NCBI GenBank assembly: GCA_000165425.1
Contig: CT868677.1
Location: 186,001 to 250,000 of the forward strand
Length of the DNA: 64,000 bases
Source: Paramecium tetraurelia
Lineage: Eukaryota
Reading direction: 5' to 3'
Below the pieces are notes generated by a model. It did not search any database, had not been told where the DNA came from, and worked only from the letters and a program-made list of their open reading frames with translations. A program made the translations under genes and the position numbers. Shown here one piece after another: positions 57,846 to 64,000 of the stretch; the first letter of the stretch is position 1; each line of letters starts with the position of its first letter.

Positions 57846-58312
57846 TCATTAGTAACCGTTGCTTACGTTCTCGAATTCAAACAACGTTCGCCCAACCTAA
57901 ACTTGCACATTCTAAAACTCCTTCAACAATGGCATCGATTACTTCAACTTAAGGAGAGTACCAAATTTAGAATTGTTGTCTTGAATATAAAACTCTTTAT
58001 TGTGCTACATGATACAAAATGAATTTGTACCAAAGTTAATTTGCAATGAAACCTACTCACACTAATATCGCATAATCGAATATGATTATCATTGGCTCTT
58101 CCAATCTTGAATTATTCAAGTTTTTCCAAATTGAGAATATAGGTCAATCTTTCCTTTGATTTCAGCAATGGCTTCTTCATTTCCAATACTGCATAGCTCT
58201 GGAATTACCTCTTGCTTAGTTCCACCAAATCAACTGTTTAACCATTGAGTTGTAATTTTCTTTTAAAATTACTTCGACACAATTCGCATTTCATCAAATC
58301 CCACAGAAACAC
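57846..58312 (-). CDS. RING-CH(v) plus FHA domain protein; 5' part lost in the assembly gap
   Basis: KCELCRSNF (end of RING), FHA motif FKIGRANDNHIRLCDISVSRFHC..FYIQDNNSKFGTL, VQVGRT; TGA at 57846-57848. Confidence 0.85.
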
Positions 58313-58462
58313 NNNNNNNNNNNNNNNNNNNNNNNNNNNNNNNNNNNNNNNNNNNNNNNNNNNNNNNNNNNNNNNNNNNNNNNNNNNNNNNNNNNNNNNN
58401 NNNNNNNNNNNNNNNNNNNNNNNNNNNNNNNNNNNNNNNNNNNNNNNNNNNNNNNNNNNNNN
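58313..58462. other. Assembly gap (150 N)
   Basis: Run of n characters. Confidence 1.
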
Positions 58463-58504
58463 TTCAGATTTGAAACATCTCAAATGATGTATTATAATTT
58501 TAAA

Positions 58505-59707
58505 TCATTAATTAATGTTAAGCCAACCTTCTAAATATTGTAGACTCACATCCTCAAATTGTTTAATAAAAGGGTGTTCCTAGTATATATATAAATTCGA
58601 TATACCAGCAATTCTGCAGCACTCCTCCTCTACCTTGGATCTTTTTATAAACAACTGGCTATGAAGTCAGCTCCAATTTAGGAAAAATCAGGAGGTGATG
58701 GAGGAGCTGGTCTTGAAACAATGTATTCTTTGATTTCCCAAAACCCAAGGGAGTGAGTAGTATCGTTGGTTCCAGGATGAGGATAAGGGAAAACCCCCCA
58801 AGCGCATTCAAGTAAAGAGAGTCCTAAGGACCAGACATCTGTATTCGAAGAGTAGGGCTCACACAGAAATCTCTCAGGAGACATATAAGTAACTGTACCA
58901 ACCCAAGTACATCGCTGGTCTTAGGTGTTTAGTAATTAGCCGCTTACACCAAAATCAGAGATTTTAACTTCCCCTTAACTATTTATCAATAAATTTGAAG
59001 GCTTGATATCTCTATGGATGATTTTCTTTGTTCGATGTAAATAGTCCAAACCTTTGAGTAGTTAATAGGCAATGAGTCCTAACATGCCTTCAGGGATTTT
59101 TCCTGACTTCTTAATTACATCTTGCAAAGTGCCTAAATTCATGTATTCTAAAGCGATTGCTACCTAAGCTCCTTCTAGAAAAGCTCCATAACATCTGATG
59201 ATGTTCGAATGATTGCAACTGACCAAAGTTTCCAGTTCCAAATTGATTTATTTAGTGAATTTTTCATCATTCACTATTTGGATTGTCTACTATTTACAAT
59301 GAATACTTTAAGTGCAACAAGCAAATTAGTGGGTCTATGTAATGCTTTGATCACTCTTCCGCTTGAGCCTTGACCCAAGTCATCAATGGATATCAAATCC
59401 TGCAATTGAATTTAATATCTTTCATTTTGAAATTGTTGCTATTGTTATAGTATTTTCTTTGGATCTTCCTTAGGCAAGGGTATGAAAAAGCCATCTGCAT
59501 CTTTCATGTGTTATTAGGCTGGAAATCTCTTTAGGATCAAACAATATATACTAATGGAACAAAGAATTCCTGAGGACTTGATCTAGGGTCTATGATTTTG
59601 TTGATTAGATCACCATGAGGTATTTTGATGGTGAGTTCTTCTTCCATATCAGTATCTTTCCAATTGACTTTCGGTAGAGGTTAAGAAATTTTAATTTTTT
59701 TGCTCAT
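58505..59707 (-). CDS. MAP kinase kinase (STE7/MEK family)
   Basis: LGQGSSGRV, IALEYMNLGTL, IIHRDIKPSNLL, DFGVSGQLLNTQDQRCTWVGTVTYMSPERF, DVWSLGLSLLECAWGVFPY. Confidence 0.93.
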
Positions 59708-59782
59708 GAGTCTAAATATTAAATTAAGTAATGGATTGCGTTGATGATAACAAAATCTTTTAATATTGGAAATATTGATAAT

Positions 59783-61316
59783 TCATTATTTATAATGAAT
59801 ATTAATGGATGTTCCTTCAATTGAGAACACTTTTCTAAGCTTCTTGGCAGGAGATAATTTAAAAGTGGTTTGCGATGTTTTAGTCATTATTGTACTGGAA
59901 GCCCTATTGAGTTTCTCGAGGGGAGGTTCAGAAATAATAACACTCTCACATTGTTTCTTTAGTTTCATTTCTTCTTATTATTACTTCTGCTTTTTCCTTC
60001 TCTTTTCAGTGAATGTCAGACCTAATTTGAAGAATTCTATTTTGCGTTAAGAAACGACTAAATTCTATTTTTCCAAGATTTCTTTATGTTTAAGTTTCTT
60101 CTCTTCAAAATCCATAGTGTCTTGAATATTAGTGACTCTCTTAACACATGGAGAGAGACGAATCTTCTAATACTTAGGCTTAATCAATAAATCCAACAAC
60201 TGCATTTTGATGGATTGAGTTCTCTTGCATTTCGTCTTCTCCTCATGACATTCAATGAGATTATTCAATCTATCCTACCTCCAATTGGCTTTTTGTTCTA
60301 AAACTATAGGAGAAATGGAAATACATAATTATTGTCTATACAATTATTTGGACTCTGGATGCCAATCCAACATCCGACTTAACACTTGTCTTCCAATCAC
60401 AAGTACTTCTGCTCTGGCTGATACACATTTGGCATTGCATGTATGATAGTCAGCATCATCACCAAAGAGTGCACCCACATCCAAAGAGCTAAGATGATAT
60501 GTCTGATTGTCTCGAGTTGATGTCATCTCAACTTGTCCATCCATTATTAAGAACACTTGAACATTCCTTTAGCCTTCCTAATAGAGGAACTCTTCCTAAT
60601 GATATGTTCTGTTCTTGAATTCATAACTTAAGGCTCTCAACTCTCCGTCGGTCCAAGAATTAAAAATCGATTATTCTTCTAGTATTTTGAGTTTCTACAA
60701 CACTGGCACTGATTTCCCTATAAACTTCACAAACTATTGCTTATCCATACAGACGAATTAGCAAAAGGTCTTACATATGATTGTGCATGACACTTGTCCA
60801 TTATCTAACAACGACATATCACCGAAATGATCCCCTGGATTCAGGTCCTTGAAACTGAAAGCACTAAATAGAGTATCATCCTCATAATTCGGGATCGTTT
60901 CCTTTTAATAACCATGACTACCTTACTTTTTCTTGATCCATCATTATCTGGGCTTTGCGACTCTTAGGTTTGTAGCTCACCAATGAAACCTATCCTTGCA
61001 AGATCATGTAAAACCGCACTCCTTGCTATCCTTTTCTAATCACTCTCTCTCCCGTCCGACAGTAGATGGTGTACAAGAATTCACAAAATTTATTGTATTT
61101 CTCGAATCCTTCCTTTGTGATCATGTCTCTACAGTATTGAAATCGTTGCATCAGTGCACTTACTTGCAAAACCTCCAGTTGCGACCGTTATTTGGATCTC
61201 ATTTAGGTGAGGGACATTACGACTTCAACAATGCAATTCTTCCAGGTACATTTTTACGAATCACCCAAAGTAAGAATCGCACCGATTAACGAAATTTAGT
61301 TGACATTATCATTCAT
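59783..61316 (-). CDS. Cyclic nucleotide-binding domain protein (two cNMP domains, CNBD2-like)
   Basis: VIRKGQQGVRFYMILQGQV, LNPGDHFGDMSLL..QVSCTIIC, FLIMDGQVEM, LDVGALFGD. Confidence 0.85.
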
Positions 61317-61483
61317 AATAATTATTCATTATTTTAACTTAGTAATTAAAACACGAGGAATCTCTACAAGCATGAAATCAATCAGTTGAAATCCCTTCAC
61401 ATTTCTAATTCTCCTATCGCCTTCATAATCATATCAAACTTTATCAGAAAATTAAGATCCCCTTATTAATTAATAAACTAATT

Positions 61484-62890
61484 ATGCTACGTCTAGCCTT
61501 CAAGCAATTATCACGTCAATCTCTCTTATAGAAAAAGAAAATCTATGAACTATTTTTTGAAAGGGGATTGAAATTCTTTTATCAAAGTATCAAACAAAAC
61601 TATTATACCCTAGATCAACATCGACATGCAATAGATTAATTTGAGATTTGCATGTCAGTCTTTGCTGAAGCCAAACAACCCCAAACGATGGCAGGACACT
61701 AAATTTGAAGATTTGAATTGCAGACATTACCCTGAATAATAATAAATCAAAGGTATGCATTTTTAATTAAGTTTGCTTTTAAGACCTTTGGAAAAATTTA
61801 TTCGAATTGATGGGGTAAATGTTATTACATATTGCATGAACAAGAAGCCTGCACCAAAAATGTGCGATTATTGGCAATAATTAAATCCACTCTGTGCAGG
61901 GGCCTTCATTTTGAGAGCTTAGGTACTCATATCTATTTATCCCATAAGTCTCGATTCTTATCTGAGCAAGTGACCTAAATAGACTGCCAGATGATTTGCA
62001 AAGATCTCTAATTTGCTCAGCAATTGGATCCTCTCAATGAAAGCATCGCCAAGGTCTACGATATGGTCTAAGCTCAATTATCCAAGTTCGAAGAGGATGA
62101 CAGCGACAAAGAACAGTACGTTTAATAGGACACTTCTCAATACAGTGTCCAGGAGGAAGAAGATTTGCCTTAGGATTTCATGGCCTAGTTTGCATATCAA
62201 GACAATGACTAAGAACTTAGTTATGAATAAGATCCAAAGAAACCGATACCCATGGAAGTGTAAGAGCTAGGGCGATTTATTGAATCAAGAGGAATGGATA
62301 TGGTCAAGACCTTCTTACAGAATGGCTAGTTGAAAGAAGCAGTAGATTTGAAGGACAAACTACAAAAAGCTTTGATAGCCAAGAAACAACTAGAGAAAAT
62401 TTCTCAATTAGATTTTAATAGACCCAAGAAGGTAAAGATTATATTGAATATATAGAAATTACAATTATATGCTCAATAGTTTGGCATAGATTTATTGGAT
62501 CCACAAGTACAAAACGAATTTAAGAGGATTTAAGAGTAAAACTTGGAAGACATTCGACAATGGCTGAAATAGAATCAGTGGAGTTACGTTGACAAAGCGA
62601 CTTAGATATAGCAGTAAGAGAAAGCCAGATAAGAATTGGCAAAGCTGTAATTTAAGAGAAAAATGGTCCCTTAAAAAGTAATTCAATATAGATAAGTTCA
62701 ATTTAGCATGCTAAACACAAGGTTGTTAAGAAGGCTTAAATTGGACTATCCTAAAACAGTCCTAGTCCTTCTTCGAGTAACACAAATATCTCAACTAAAG
62801 AGTTTTAATAAAGCAGTTCTGTGTTGAATAACGAAAGTAATTAAATATGTAAATTACATAGCTTAAATTGAAGCAGAACAAACTTGTGAT
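61484..62890 (+). pseudogene. TPR-containing protein gene, apparently frameshifted or degenerate; boundaries approximate
   Basis: TPR-like ELFFERGLKFFYQNQHRHAIDQFEICMSVF runs into TGA 61706-61708, while coding-like sequence continues in another frame (LNPLCAGAFILRAQSR, DLQFAQQLDPLN, FGIDLLDPQVQNEF). Confidence 0.5.
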
Positions 62891-63555
62891 TTAAATTGCA
62901 TTATTAACTTCTCTATTTTACTCCTAGCGACAATCACAATAATATCGACAATCTATTATTCATTCTTAGGATGATCAAATAATAATTTTAATTTATTAAT
63001 TTCTTGATATTTCTATAATTAAATAAAAGAAAGTAGTAGTTTGAAGAATTTGTTTACAAATTTAAATATTATTTTTATTCTCACAAATGTTTATTCGTAA
63101 AAGTGATTATATAAAAGACTCAGATATTTGAGATCTTTCTTATAGCAAGGAAAATTCTAAGAATTCTTCAACAAGAATTTTATTCCTTCTAACTTATTAA
63201 AAATATCAAATAAGTGCTAATTCATGCTGATAGGATAGTTCAATAAAATATTCGAATAATATCTATTTAACTGTCATTTAGTTCAATTTTTCATTTATTG
63301 ATTTAAAATACAAAATGATACAGATAGTTTTATTAATTATTATATTGATATTCTTCAAATTGAAGTTAGATAATTCCCTTACAATAATACTTATAAATAA
63401 TAGTAGTAATCACTGGTAGTATTCAATATTTAAGGGCTTAAATTTACGTAACTGCTTCGAATTGATTCTTTGGTAAATGTATTATTATTAATGTAATTGT
63501 AATTTTAAAATAATATTCATATTAATTAACTATATTATTATGAATATTTAAAATA

Positions 63556-64000
<445 letters not shown>

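Noticed and set aside
58463..58508. Possible further ATGA overlap between the MAPKK stop and the RING-FHA start
   Set aside because: It cannot be evaluated: the frame hits a TGA unless an intron runs into the N gap.

Overview
Very AT-rich, gene-dense eukaryotic DNA from a ciliate macronuclear genome, almost certainly Paramecium. TAA and TAG read as Gln, TGA is the only stop, and genes carry tiny (about 20-32 nt) GT..AG introns, so the supplied standard-code ORF track is fragmented and mostly misleading. Hand translation with code 6 gives about 38 genes or pseudogenes. These include an SK K+ channel, a myotubularin with a CX5K motif, several kinases (TPR-kinase, PDK1 pseudogene, YbjN-like/TKL kinase, CDPK, MAPKK, NEK), two cNMP-binding proteins, two phosphodiesterases, a METTL21-type methyltransferase, ATP synthase inhibitor IF1, anoctamin, CFAP206, CFAP61, a Ctr copper transporter, VDAC, Rpn8, Atg8, MORN, C2H2, saposin-like, polycystin-like, SCP/NIF phosphatase and RING-FHA proteins. 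There is one 150-N gap. I found no tRNA/rRNA, transposon, telomere or CRISPR. The most notable observations are operon-like packing with repeated ATGA stop/start overlaps, a kinase with an apparent bacterial YbjN/T3SS-chaperone-like N-terminal domain, a probable pseudo-phosphatase myotubularin and several genes in early decay. All coordinates, intron placements and family calls come from manual translation and motif recognition, with no database search.
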